DNA from: Muribaculaceae bacterium
GTDB taxonomy: Bacteria > Bacteroidota > Bacteroidia > Bacteroidales > Muribaculaceae
NCBI GenBank assembly: GCA_011959405.1
Contig: BLLX01000003.1
Span: forward strand, 1,017-65,016
DNA: 64,000 nt
Direction: 5' to 3'
The translations under genes were made by a program, and so were the position numbers. Shown here in pieces: positions 25,696 through 35,854 of the stretch (position 1 is the stretch's first letter; each line of letters starts with the position of its first letter). The notes under the pieces were generated by a model that did no database searches, had not been told where the DNA came from, and was given only the letters and a program-made list of their open reading frames with translations.

Positions 25696-27495
25696 ATGCA
25701 GAAGATTAGAAACATCGCCATTATAGCCCACGTGGACCATGGCAAAACCACGGTGGTGGATAAAATGCTCATGGCCGGCAATCTGTTCCGCGAGAATCAG
25801 AGTACGGGAGAACTTATTCTTGACAATAATGATCTTGAGCGCGAACGGGGAATCACGATCCTCTCCAAGAATGTTTCTATCAATTACAAAGGATACAAAA
25901 TCAATATCATCGACACTCCCGGACACGCTGACTTCGGCGGTGAGGTGGAGCGTGTGCTGAACATGGCCGACGGATGTCTGCTGCTTGTGGACGCGTTTGA
26001 AGGACCGATGCCGCAGACTCGTTTTGTGCTACAGAAAGCCATACAGATGGGCCTGAAGCCTGTGGTGGTGATCAATAAGGTCGACAAGCCAAACTGCCGC
26101 CCCGATGAAGTGCAGGACATGGTTTTCGACCTCATGTTCAGTCTTGACGCCACGGAAGAACAACTGGATTTTCCGACCATATTCGGATCGGCCAAACAGG
26201 GATGGATGAGTACTGACTGGCAGAAGCCTACCGACAACATCCTGCCGCTGCTGGATGCGATCATAGAGCATATTCCGGAACCCACAGTAATTGAGGGGCC
26301 GTCGCAGATGCTCATCACGTCGCTTGATTTCTCGAACTATGTGGGCCGTATAGCCATAGGCCGCGTGCATCGCGGCACCATGCGCGAAGGACAAGATATA
26401 GTTCTGATGAAAAAGGACGGTTCGAGCGTGCGTCAGCGCATCAAGGAACTGCACACTTTTGAAGGTATGGGCCGCAAGAAAGTGAGTGAGGTCGGTTCGG
26501 GCGATATATGCGCTCTCATAGGCATAGAAAATTTTGAAATCGGTGATACCGTTGCCGATGTCTCGGCGCCGGAAGCACTTCCGCGCATAGCCATCGACGA
26601 GCCCACCATGTCGATGACATTTACGATAAACGATAGCCCGTTTTTCGGTCGTGACGGCAAATATGTGACATCACGCCATATCGGCGACCGTCTCACCCGT
26701 GAGCTTGACAGAAATCTGGCGCTCCGTATTGAGAAATCGGGCAATGAGGATGTGTGGACCGTGTTCGGCCGCGGCGTGTTGCACCTGTCGGTGCTTATCG
26801 AGACCATGCGTCGTGAGGGCTATGAGCTGCAGGTCGGACAGCCGCAGGTGATCATCCGTGAGATCGACGGCATGAAATGTGAGCCGGTAGAGTTGCTTAC
26901 TATTAATGTCACCGAAGAATATTCGTCGAAAATAATTGACATGGTCACACGCCGCAAAGGCGAGATGGTGTCGATGAACGCACAGAACGACCGGGTGCAT
27001 ATGGAGTTCCATATTCCCTCACGCGGCATAATAGGTCTGCGCAACAATGTCCTCACGGCAAGTGCCGGAGAAGCCATCATGGCTCACCGTTTTCTGGAGT
27101 ATCAGCCGTGGAAGGGCGACATTGAGCGTCGTACCAACGGATCGCTTATCGCTATGGAGTCCGGAACGGCTTATGCCTATGCCATCGACAAACTTCAGGA
27201 CCGCGGCCGCTTCTTCATATTCCCGCAGGAGGAAGTCTATGCCGGACAGGTGGTGGGTGAGAACGCCAAGGACAACGATATTGTGGTAAACGTGACCAAA
27301 TCAAAGAAACTCACAAATATGCGTGCCAGCGGTGCGGACGACAAGGCCCGCATTGTTCCCCCGGTTGTCTTCTCTCTTGAAGAAGCTCTGGAGTATATCA
27401 AGGGAGATGAATATGTGGAGGTCACACCTCACCATATCCGCCTGCGCAAGATACTTCTGGATGAACTGGAGCGCAAGCGTGCCGGCAAGCAGTAA
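25696..27495 (+). CDS. typA: Translational GTPase TypA/BipA
   Basis: [28 protein letters not shown] and NKVDK motifs. Length is 599 aa. Confidence 0.96.
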   Translation: MQKIRNIAIIAHVDHGKTTVVDKMLMAGNLFRENQSTGELILDNNDLERERGITILSKNVSINYKGYKINIIDTPGHADFGGEVERVLNMADGCLLLVDAFEGPMPQTRFVLQKAIQMGLKPVVVINKVDKPNCRPDEVQDMVFDLMFSLDATEEQLDFPTIFGSAKQGWMSTDWQKPTDNILPLLDAIIEHIPEPTVIEGPSQMLITSLDFSNYVGRIAIGRVHRGTMREGQDIVLMKKDGSSVRQRIKELHTFEGMGRKKVSEVGSGDICALIGIENFEIGDTVADVSAPEALPRIAIDEPTMSMTFTINDSPFFGRDGKYVTSRHIGDRLTRELDRNLALRIEKSGNEDVWTVFGRGVLHLSVLIETMRREGYELQVGQPQVIIREIDGMKCEPVELLTINVTEEYSSKIIDMVTRRKGEMVSMNAQNDRVHMEFHIPSRGIIGLRNNVLTASAGEAIMAHRFLEYQPWKGDIERRTNGSLIAMESGTAYAYAIDKLQDRGRFFIFPQEEVYAGQVVGENAKDNDIVVNVTKSKKLTNMRASGADDKARIVPPVVFSLEEALEYIKGDEYVEVTPHHIRLRKILLDELERKRAGKQ

Positions 27496-27517
27496 AAAAT
27501 ATTTAAGTCGTATATAT

Positions 27518-27555
27518 GACGAGCGGCCTTCCTGAATCCGGGAAGGCCGCTCGTC
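27518..27555. terminator. Perfect 15-bp hairpin between the convergent typA and 558-aa genes
   Basis: Stem gacgagcggccttcc / ggaaggccgctcgtc with an 8-nt loop, followed by ttt on the + side. Confidence 0.75.
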
Positions 27556-27591
27556 TTTAAAGGTTGGCGGATTGTTGTCGATTTGTTGTGA

Positions 27592-29268
27592 TCAGGATCT
27601 GATCCGGTTGAAGTATCGGAGGTTGGCGCTGGCGTTTGGCATGTCGAGGAGCGCTTGCTCGCGGTCGGCAGTTGTGGCAAGTATGATCTGCAGTTCCGTG
27701 CCTGCTATGTCGGCCATGCGTTTGAGGTTGCGGATAAAAAACCTGTTTCCGCTGTCGTCTGGATAGCTGTCCGGAGCTGTGGTCAGCCGGCTTAAGTCGG
27801 GAAACAGTGTCACGAGATGGAGCCGTGCGGGAGCGTCGGGGTGTACGGCAATGGCCGCACGCAATGATTTCAGAGTCTCAGCTATTTTGGCGGGGCCGTT
27901 CATCTCATCAAGGTCGGCATACTCGTCAGGATCCGGCATCGGGAATCCGAGATTGAATTTAGTGTTTGCGTCGTCTGTGATCTGGCAGGCTATTTCAAAA
28001 AAACTTGCAAAGGACACGCTGGAATCCGACGGCATCTCCTCAAGGTCGATATATGCGCATATACAGTCCTGACGGTTGGCGATGACATCGTGCAGTGAAT
28101 CTGTGATCTGGCCGAGCGTGGATGGCGATGATCCGACGATAAGCAGATTGTTGCGTGTGCTCTGGAGCAGTTTGTACTGAGCCTTTGACACTGCTTCATC
28201 GGGAGTGAGCGGAGTCGCTTTGCGTCTGAGGTTCTCGAAATAGGCTTTTGCTCCGGCTTCGTCCGCATAAAAATCGAGCGCCTGTCCGATCAACGCGTTT
28301 GCGTTGGTGTCGTCGCCGTTGGCGCGGGCGAGCTTCACAAGCCTTGCAAACAGCTGATAGCACTGCTGGCGGCTGTTGGTCTGTGCGAACCGCAGCAATT
28401 CTTCTATTTCCGAATATGCTTGTCCGTAAGGTCTTGACGCGCTTATCTCCCTCTCGGCTTTCAGCAGATCGGCCGGTTCCACATAGTGGCCCTGACGCAC
28501 GGCCTCGAGAGTCGAGTCTGCTACAGGCACTCCCATGCGCGACAGGGAGTCTGCCCGGCGCGGACGCACATCAAGCGAATTCAGTGTGTCTGCAAGTTCG
28601 GCATCGTTCGGAAACGCCACAAGCAGCTGCTCTGCAAGCATTCTTGCATTGCGTATGTCGTAATTCTGTATCTTTTCTATCCATTCGAGCTGTTCCTGCA
28701 TGGAAATCTGGACGTGGACACATCGCGCCACACCTCCGCGTATGTTTTGTCCTGGAGTGAAGATGACATGAGACCCTTTCTGGATTTCGTCGCCCCGATG
28801 CCTCTGAATGATCTCCGCGCGGCTGAAAAACAGAGACTCGCCGTCGGTGGTGGTTATAAATCCGAATGCCGGTCCGATCGACGTTACTGTGCCGCCGGCG
28901 GGAACCGGAGGATTCTCTTCGCTGTTCCAGGGTTGGCGGAAAGCGTTGTCGCTGCGACGGCGTCTGGGGTCTACGATTGAGTCCAGATCTATTTTCCCGA
29001 CTACTTTCGGCGCGATTGCCGGTGAGTAAGGTTCCTCGTCATTGTCGTCGTCTTGAAGAACCGTATTCTCAGACTCGGTTTCTTCCTGAATTTCAAAATA
29101 GCTGATCGAATCTATTTTCACGCAGCACATGCTGCCTGTGAATGTTTTTAAAAGCAGAGCGTCATCCGATGCTTTCACGAAAGAGCCGTTGAGTGTCGTG
29201 CCCGTCCCGTTCAGATGAACGGTCACAGTCTGGTCACGGCTGATAAGTTCGTTTATAAAGTCAAGCAT
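27592..29268 (-). CDS. Hypothetical multidomain protein: Sm-like N-terminus, acidic linker, cold-shock domain, helical repeats, and a P-loop-less NTPase-like C-terminus
   Basis: CSD-like segment GTVTSIGPAFGFITTTDGESLFFSRAEI...GSHVIFTPGQNIRGGVARCVHV (compare CspA KGFGFI / VFVHF). The N-terminal stretch QTVTVHLNGTGTTLNGSFVKASDDALLL looks Sm-like. The C-terminal strand-helix alternation has LLIVGSSPSTLGQ where a Walker A motif would sit. Confidence 0.6.
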   Translation of the reverse strand: MLDFINELISRDQTVTVHLNGTGTTLNGSFVKASDDALLLKTFTGSMCCVKIDSISYFEIQEETESENTVLQDDDNDEEPYSPAIAPKVVGKIDLDSIVDPRRRRSDNAFRQPWNSEENPPVPAGGTVTSIGPAFGFITTTDGESLFFSRAEIIQRHRGDEIQKGSHVIFTPGQNIRGGVARCVHVQISMQEQLEWIEKIQNYDIRNARMLAEQLLVAFPNDAELADTLNSLDVRPRRADSLSRMGVPVADSTLEAVRQGHYVEPADLLKAEREISASRPYGQAYSEIEELLRFAQTNSRQQCYQLFARLVKLARANGDDTNANALIGQALDFYADEAGAKAYFENLRRKATPLTPDEAVSKAQYKLLQSTRNNLLIVGSSPSTLGQITDSLHDVIANRQDCICAYIDLEEMPSDSSVSFASFFEIACQITDDANTKFNLGFPMPDPDEYADLDEMNGPAKIAETLKSLRAAIAVHPDAPARLHLVTLFPDLSRLTTAPDSYPDDSGNRFFIRNLKRMADIAGTELQIILATTADREQALLDMPNASANLRYFNRIRS

Positions 29269-29294
29269 ATATTATTATATAAATTTATCAAATG

Positions 29295-29302
29295 CAAAAT
29301 TA
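29295..29302 (-). promoter_or_regulatory. -7 box TAATTTTG for the 558-aa gene
   Basis: Reverse-complement TAnnTTTG match 26 nt upstream of the ATG at 29268. Confidence 0.5.
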
Positions 29303-29492
29303 ACGAAAAATGAAGTGAACAGACAATTGATTTTGCAAAAGATAACATTTTATACTCATCTTTATAAAAGTTTAAGTGGCTGTGTATGTACAATGTGTTG
29401 TTGGCGTATATGATTTCTATGTGTTTTTTTGAATATGATTAAACCTTTTTTGACTGATTGTGTCTTAAAATTGTATTTCCCACGTTTCCAAT

Positions 29493-32342
29493 ATGTATTC
29501 AAAATATTTTCTTCCTGTGATAATGGCATGGGCCGGGGCAATCGGTGCCTCGGCCGCCATTTTGACCGGATCAGTGGCCGATAGCACCGGAGAGCCGCTG
29601 CCGGAAGCATCCATACGGTTGCTGTCTGCCCGTGATTCCTCGTATGTGACCGGCATGGCAGCCGACGATTCCGGCCGTTTCATGTTCAGTGGTGTCAAGA
29701 AAGGCGGTTATATCCTGCAGGCATCATATATAGGCTACGGGTCTGTCTACAGGAATCTGCGTGTCACCTCTGCTGCCGACACTGTGAAAGTCGGGCGGAT
29801 GCAGCTGTCTGAGTCTTCGGTTGTGTTGCGGGAAGCGACGGCCATAGGCGTGGCCACGCCTATAAAGGTTATGGACGACACCATACAATACAGCGCGTCC
29901 ACATACAAGACACCGCCTAATGCCGTGGTCGAGGACCTGCTCAAACGTCTGCCGGGCGTTGAGGTCGGCACCGATGGCGGCATCACCGCTCAAGGACAGA
30001 AAGTCACCAAAATACTTGTCGACGGCAAGGAATTCTTCAGTGATGACCCTGCTGTCGCATCTAAGAATCTGCCGGTAAATATGGTGGAGAATGCTCAGGT
30101 CATAACCCGCAAAAGCGATCTGGCCCGTCTCACCGGCGTTGACGACGGCGAGGACGAGACGGTGATCAACCTGACGGTGAAAAAGGGTATGAAAAACGGC
30201 TGGTTCGGTACAGGCGAAGCCGGTTATGGTACTGACGACCGCTATAAAGCGGCTTTTGTGGTCAACCGCTTTTTCAACGACAACCAGTTTACGCTGCTGG
30301 GCAATTTCAACAACTGCAATGATGCCGGTTTCAGTGACGGCAACGGATCCCGTTTCCGCCGCTTTGGTGGAACTAACGGCATCAATACCACCAATTCCAT
30401 AGGATTTAATTTCAATGTTGGCCGCGGTGACACGATCAAGGTGGGCGGCAATGTGATGTATGCCAATTCCGACCGCGACAACCGGTCGCGCACACACCGC
30501 ATCAATCTGCTTCAGGGCAGCTCCAATTCCACGGAGGATGCCGAGAGCAACTCGCGCGACAAGGGCCACAATGTGCGTGGCGATTTTCGTGTGATATGGA
30601 AGCCCGACTCGTTCAACACACTTGAGGTAAGGCCCAATTTCTCGGTCAATATCAATGATTCCGAGCAACGGTCGTATTCTCAGAATTTCTCCGGCGACGA
30701 TTTCATATCTCAGGCCCGTAACATCAATTTTTCAGACGGTAAGAGTTATGATTTCGGGGCAAGGGTGATTTATAGCCATCGTTTTTCCAAACGGCGCGGC
30801 AGATCGTTTTCGGTCAGCGCCAACTATTTGATGTCCAACACACGGGAGAATGAGCGGAACTGGAGCCGAAACGCGTTCTGGATGCTCGACTCTCTTTATG
30901 AGGACTATCAGATTATCGACAATCACACGTGGAACAACACCGTCAGCGGCCGTCTGAGCTGGACGGAGCCGATCGGCAATCCGCGTAACGGCAATTTTGC
31001 TGAAATCAGCTATTTTATGCAGTATAAGTGGAATAATGCCGACAAAAATGTCACACACGATCCTGTCTCGATGGATGAAATTCCCTATCAGGACTGGAAA
31101 GAGGCCATATGGCAGGACTGGGAGATGTCCAACAGACTGAGCGGCCTGGGTGATCTGCAATATGATCCGTATAACTCCAACAGCTTCCGCAACAACTATT
31201 TAAGTCAGAGCATACGTGTGGGCTACCGGAAGGTCCATGCAAAATACAACCTGAATGCCGGACTCAGTCTGAATCCTTCGATGTCGCGGTCGGTCAATCT
31301 CACCAATCCAGACAAAAACATTCCCACACGCAATGTGCTGAATTATGCGCCGTATCTGAGATTCCGCTATAAATTTTCAAAAAATACCACTGCCAATGCC
31401 GATTATTTCGGGCGGTCGTCGCAGCCTTCCATGTCGCAGTTGCAGCCGGTGGTCGATACATCGGACCCTATGAACATAGTGGTCGGCAATCCCGGACTTG
31501 CTCCGTCGTTTAACCACAGGCTACGCCTGCGTTTCCAGACGTTCGATCCCGACTGTCAGCAGTCGATTATGGTCATGGGGCATGCGTCATACACACAGGA
31601 CGACATCGTCTCCAATGTGGTCTACGACCGCGAGACCGGAGCTCGACAGACACGTTATGCCAATATCGATGGAAACTGGGAAGCCGCCCTTATGAACATG
31701 TTCTCGCGCCCGTTGCGCAACAAGGCCTTTACGATAAATAATTTCCTCCGTCTGTCTTATCGAAATCAGGTCGGCTACGTTGACGGCCTTCATAACCGTT
31801 CCGGAAATTTTTCACTGAGTGAGTCGTTCGGCATCGCTTTCCGCCCCAAGGATCTTGAACTGGAATTGCGCCCCCGCTATACTCTGAGCAACATCACCAA
31901 TGCGATTCAGAGCGGCCAGAACCGCACGACACACAGCTACGGCGGATCGCTTAATGCGACTTACTATACGCCCTTTGGCCTTGTGCTGGCTACGGATCTG
32001 AACTATTCGGCCAATACCGGCTATTCCGACGGTTATGACTCCGACCAATGGATGTGGAACGCGTCGATATCATATATGTTTCTGCGCAACAAGAATGCTA
32101 CTGTGGCGCTCAAAGGTTATGACCTGTTGCAGCAACGCAAGAGCATCTGGCGTACGGAGACGGCCCAGGCTATCACCGACAGCCAGTACAACACTCTCAC
32201 ACGCTATTTTATGCTGACTTTCACGTATAAATTCACTACATTCGGCGGCGGTGGCGAAAACAATCCGTCGGTCGACACTGATTTTATGCGACGTGGCCCG
32301 CGTGGCGGCGGTCCTGGTGGCCATGGCGGCCGCAGGTTCTGA
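29493..32342 (+). CDS. Outer membrane beta-barrel / TonB-dependent receptor-like protein with a CarboxypepD_reg N-domain
   Basis: N-terminus ILTGSVADSTGEPLPEASIRLL..GGYILQASYIGYG, a plug-like region (PGVEVGTDGGITAQGQKVTKILVDGKEF), a long barrel, and a terminal F. Confidence 0.8.
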   Translation: MYSKYFLPVIMAWAGAIGASAAILTGSVADSTGEPLPEASIRLLSARDSSYVTGMAADDSGRFMFSGVKKGGYILQASYIGYGSVYRNLRVTSAADTVKVGRMQLSESSVVLREATAIGVATPIKVMDDTIQYSASTYKTPPNAVVEDLLKRLPGVEVGTDGGITAQGQKVTKILVDGKEFFSDDPAVASKNLPVNMVENAQVITRKSDLARLTGVDDGEDETVINLTVKKGMKNGWFGTGEAGYGTDDRYKAAFVVNRFFNDNQFTLLGNFNNCNDAGFSDGNGSRFRRFGGTNGINTTNSIGFNFNVGRGDTIKVGGNVMYANSDRDNRSRTHRINLLQGSSNSTEDAESNSRDKGHNVRGDFRVIWKPDSFNTLEVRPNFSVNINDSEQRSYSQNFSGDDFISQARNINFSDGKSYDFGARVIYSHRFSKRRGRSFSVSANYLMSNTRENERNWSRNAFWMLDSLYEDYQIIDNHTWNNTVSGRLSWTEPIGNPRNGNFAEISYFMQYKWNNADKNVTHDPVSMDEIPYQDWKEAIWQDWEMSNRLSGLGDLQYDPYNSNSFRNNYLSQSIRVGYRKVHAKYNLNAGLSLNPSMSRSVNLTNPDKNIPTRNVLNYAPYLRFRYKFSKNTTANADYFGRSSQPSMSQLQPVVDTSDPMNIVVGNPGLAPSFNHRLRLRFQTFDPDCQQSIMVMGHASYTQDDIVSNVVYDRETGARQTRYANIDGNWEAALMNMFSRPLRNKAFTINNFLRLSYRNQVGYVDGLHNRSGNFSLSESFGIAFRPKDLELELRPRYTLSNITNAIQSGQNRTTHSYGGSLNATYYTPFGLVLATDLNYSANTGYSDGYDSDQWMWNASISYMFLRNKNATVALKGYDLLQQRKSIWRTETAQAITDSQYNTLTRYFMLTFTYKFTTFGGGGENNPSVDTDFMRRGPRGGGPGGHGGRRF

Positions 32343-32404
32343 GGATTATATCCTTGAATTTATAGAAACCGTTTTATTTTGTTGAATGTTTGCCGATAAA
32401 TGGT

Positions 32405-32412
32405 TATCTTTG
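32405..32412 (+). promoter_or_regulatory. -7 box TATCTTTG for the GH95 gene
   Basis: TAnnTTTG match 49 nt upstream of the ATG at 32462. Confidence 0.5.
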
Positions 32413-32461
32413 AATCAGAATTCAACCATAACCGTTAGAATCAACATCGGATTTATTTTCA

Positions 32462-34954
32462 ATGAACAAAATAATTTCATTAGTCTGCGCGGCTCTGGCC
32501 GGCATAGGGGTGGCAAATGCCTTGGATTATCCGGTGGTGACCGCAGGAGAGAAGATATCCGCTGCATCTGATGTGATAGACTATACTCGGGGCAATGCCA
32601 TCTGGTTTGACACCCCTACGTCGTCATCGCTCGGACAGGCGTGGAAGATCAATGATTTCAGCGCCACAAGCACAAATCCCGACGAAGTGTGGGAGCGTCA
32701 GTCTCTTCCCATAGGTAATGGATCGTTCGGCGGCAGTGTGCTCGGATCGGTCGGCTGCGAACGTGTGGTGCTCAACGAGAAGACTCTGTGGACAGGTGGT
32801 CCGGGCCGAAATGCGGAGAAGTACTGGAACATGAATCGTGATGTATCTTCGGACACCCTTCAGCAGATACGTGACTATCTTGCCGCAGGAGACAATTCAT
32901 CGGCCGGATCGCTGGTGAGTTCCGGATATAGAGGAAATATAGGCTACGAGAAGAGTGAGTTCGGCACTTATACGGTGATGGGCGAGGCTTATGTGTCTAC
33001 AGGTATCGACGAGTCGGCTGTGACAAATTATAAACGCATACTCAATCTTGACCGTTCGTTGGCCGTGGTGCAGTTTTCGGTTGCCGGTGTGGACTATCAG
33101 CGCCGCTATTTTGTGTCGTATCCCGACAGTGTGATGGTGTGGCGCTTTACTTCCGATGGAGGTACGCAGAATCTCACGTTCCGGTTTGTGACTCCCCAGA
33201 CTCTCCGGTCGAAAGTAAGCCTGAAGGACGGAATCCGTTTTCAGGGCCGGATTTCCGACAACAATATGAAGTGGGCCATGCAGGTTGTGGCGCGTGTCAA
33301 CGGCGCCGGTACTGTTTCCGTCGATACCTGCTCCAATTCCATAACGGTGAATGATGCCACCGATGTGGAGTTCATACTGTCCGGCGATACGGATTATGTG
33401 ATGAATTTCAACCCCGATTACACAGACCGCAATGCCTATGTAGGAGTCGATCCGGATGTTTCTGTGGCTGCCAATGTCGAAGCTGCGTATGTCCGGACAT
33501 ACGAGCAGCTGTATGACAATCATATCAAGGACTATTCCTCTCTTTATGATAGGGTCGATATTGCCATCAATCCAGATGAACGGTTTGACAACAAGCCGAC
33601 TCCCGCCCGCCTTGCAGCATATCGTGGAGGCACTCTCGACCATGGGCTGGAGCAGATATATTTTAATTTCGGGCGCTACCTGCTGATTGCATCCTCGCGT
33701 GCGGGCAACATGCCTGCCAACCTTCAGGGTTTGTGGCACAACAACACCGACGGCCCGTGGCGTGTGGACTATCACAACAACATCAACCTGCAGATGAATT
33801 ATTGGCCTGCCACCAACACCAATCTGCTGGAGTGTTTCACTCCGTTTGTGGACTATGTGCGGTCGCTCGTAAAACCCGGAGAGCGCACGGCCAGGGCATA
33901 CTACGGAGCGCGCGGATGGACTGCGGAGGTTTCCACCAATATTTTCGGATTCACGGCTCCTCTCAACTCCACTCAGATGGAGTGGAACTATAACCCCACG
34001 GCGGGTCCGTGGCTTGCAACTCAGATATGGGAATACTATGACTATACCCGCGACGATGAATGGCTGCGCGAGATCGGCTATGACATTATAAAGTCAAGTG
34101 CGAATTTCTGCGCGGATCTGCTTTATCTTCACGAAGGCACCTACACATCCGCTCCGTCATTCTCTCCCGAGCACGGCTCGATAGATCTCGGAGCTACTTA
34201 TGCCAATGCCGTGACCAGAGAAATCCTGATTGACGCGATTGCGGCATCGGAGATCCTTGGTGTGGATGACGACCTGCGTTCGGAATGGCAGGAGAAGCTC
34301 GACAGAATGTATCCCTATCAGATCGGGCGCTACGGCCAGCTTCAGGAATGGTACAGGGATATTGATGCATATAACGACACCCACCGCCACACCAACCATC
34401 TGTTCGGCCTGCATCCGGGCACTACAGTCTCCCCCGACAAGACTCCAGAGCTGGCCGAAGCATGCAAGGAGACATTGCACCAGCGCGGTGATGCCGCCAC
34501 CGGATGGTCAATGGGATGGAAACTGAATCACTGGGCTCGTCTGCACGACGGAGACCATGCCTATGTCCTGTTTCAGAATCTGCTTAAAAACGGCACTGCC
34601 GACAATTTGTGGGATCTTCATCCGCCGTTTCAGATCGACGGGAATTTCGGCGGTACGGCCGGTGTGGCCGAACTGTTCCTCCAGAGTCATACGGGAGTGC
34701 TGAATCTGCTTCCGGCATTACCGTCGCAGTGGACTTCCGGTCATGTCACAGGATTGCTGGCCAGAGGTAATTTTGAAGTCGATATACGTTACGACGGCCA
34801 TGAGCTGACTACGGCGACAATACGCTCGAACCGCGGGCAGACCTGCACGGTGGCATATAAGGGTCTGAAAGAGACCTTTCCGACGAAGATCGGCCGGGCT
34901 TATACCGTTAGATATGAAAAGGGCATGCTGTCTGTGAAAGAAACGGATAGATAA
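32462..34954 (+). CDS. Glycoside hydrolase family 95 (alpha-L-fucosidase-like)
   Basis: The N-terminal pattern WERQSLPIGNGSFGGSVLGSV..ERVVLNEKTLWTGGP, the motifs NLQGLWHNN and NINLQMNYWP, and the length of 830 aa all fit GH95. Confidence 0.88.
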   Translation: MNKIISLVCAALAGIGVANALDYPVVTAGEKISAASDVIDYTRGNAIWFDTPTSSSLGQAWKINDFSATSTNPDEVWERQSLPIGNGSFGGSVLGSVGCERVVLNEKTLWTGGPGRNAEKYWNMNRDVSSDTLQQIRDYLAAGDNSSAGSLVSSGYRGNIGYEKSEFGTYTVMGEAYVSTGIDESAVTNYKRILNLDRSLAVVQFSVAGVDYQRRYFVSYPDSVMVWRFTSDGGTQNLTFRFVTPQTLRSKVSLKDGIRFQGRISDNNMKWAMQVVARVNGAGTVSVDTCSNSITVNDATDVEFILSGDTDYVMNFNPDYTDRNAYVGVDPDVSVAANVEAAYVRTYEQLYDNHIKDYSSLYDRVDIAINPDERFDNKPTPARLAAYRGGTLDHGLEQIYFNFGRYLLIASSRAGNMPANLQGLWHNNTDGPWRVDYHNNINLQMNYWPATNTNLLECFTPFVDYVRSLVKPGERTARAYYGARGWTAEVSTNIFGFTAPLNSTQMEWNYNPTAGPWLATQIWEYYDYTRDDEWLREIGYDIIKSSANFCADLLYLHEGTYTSAPSFSPEHGSIDLGATYANAVTREILIDAIAASEILGVDDDLRSEWQEKLDRMYPYQIGRYGQLQEWYRDIDAYNDTHRHTNHLFGLHPGTTVSPDKTPELAEACKETLHQRGDAATGWSMGWKLNHWARLHDGDHAYVLFQNLLKNGTADNLWDLHPPFQIDGNFGGTAGVAELFLQSHTGVLNLLPALPSQWTSGHVTGLLARGNFEVDIRYDGHELTTATIRSNRGQTCTVAYKGLKETFPTKIGRAYTVRYEKGMLSVKETDR

Positions 34955-35023
34955 GTCAGTGGCTGCGCAGGGAAGATGTCGGGCGGAATGTCTGGTGTTT
35001 TTTTTGATGTCGGATGGCGCGGC

Positions 35024-35848
35024 TCAGAATGCTATTACGGAGAGAGGGTTGACGGAGCTGCCGTTGTGCCAGATGTCAAGCTCCAGTTTTCCGGCCGGAG
35101 CCGCACCGATGGCGTCCCCGCTCTGGAGTTTCTCGCCGCGCTCCACGAATAGCGTGCCAAGTCCGGCGTACGATGATATGAAATTATTGGGGTGTTGCAC
35201 CGTCACGGCATATCCTCCGGCGGTGTCATCGTAGTGGACGTCGGTGACCGTGCCGCGGTAGATGGCAGTCACCGCGGCGTTGCGTGGCACGCGCAGGTGC
35301 AGAGTCTTTACTCTGGCGTGGGCCGATAGGCCGGGGTTCAAAGGCACGGCTGCGGCGACCGGAGAGTGAAACGACATGGCATCGGCGGCGAGCGGCGTCA
35401 GCACAGACAGATTGTAGCGCTCTCGGGCCGACCATTGTTCCACAAACTTTCGTTCGGCTGCCGACGTCTCGATCAGGGTGTCGCTGACCACCGATGGCTG
35501 TGTTTCCGTAATGGCGGCAATCGAATCAGGCTCCTCATCGCCGAGTATCCGCGCGATGTTGTTGAGGTATGCGGAGTTGATCTCCGTGAGTCTTGACAGC
35601 GAATCGACACGCAGCGTATTGTTGATGTGTTGCGCCCTCTGTGATGGCAGTAGATATCCTGGCAGCAGGTTCGACATGGGTGTGGCGAGTATCATCCAGA
35701 GGATAAGAGCCGTAATGGCGGCTACTGTGACCAGAGACAGAAACCAGACCTTGGCACGCGATAGCTTTATGGTCCAGACCGCGTTGAAAGTGTTTTCGTT
35801 GACAAAAGTCAGCCGGTAGCGTTTTGTGGTCTTGAATTTTCCTTTCAT
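35024..35848 (-). CDS. Membrane-anchored M23/LytM-domain protein, apparently catalytically degenerate
   Basis: One N-terminal TM segment and a C-terminal LytM fold (GGYAVTVQHPNNFISSYAGL...GDAIGAAPAGKLELDIWHNGSSVNP). The HxxxD and HxH zinc ligands are not present by eye. Confidence 0.7.
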   Translation of the reverse strand: MKGKFKTTKRYRLTFVNENTFNAVWTIKLSRAKVWFLSLVTVAAITALILWMILATPMSNLLPGYLLPSQRAQHINNTLRVDSLSRLTEINSAYLNNIARILGDEEPDSIAAITETQPSVVSDTLIETSAAERKFVEQWSARERYNLSVLTPLAADAMSFHSPVAAAVPLNPGLSAHARVKTLHLRVPRNAAVTAIYRGTVTDVHYDDTAGGYAVTVQHPNNFISSYAGLGTLFVERGEKLQSGDAIGAAPAGKLELDIWHNGSSVNPLSVIAF

Positions 35849-35854
35849 GGCCGA

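Noticed and set aside
34974-35015. A possible terminator after the GH95 gene. A T8 run at 35000-35007 is flanked by direct repeats of gatgtcgg.
   Set aside because: The flanking repeats are direct, not inverted, so no stable hairpin precedes the T-run.
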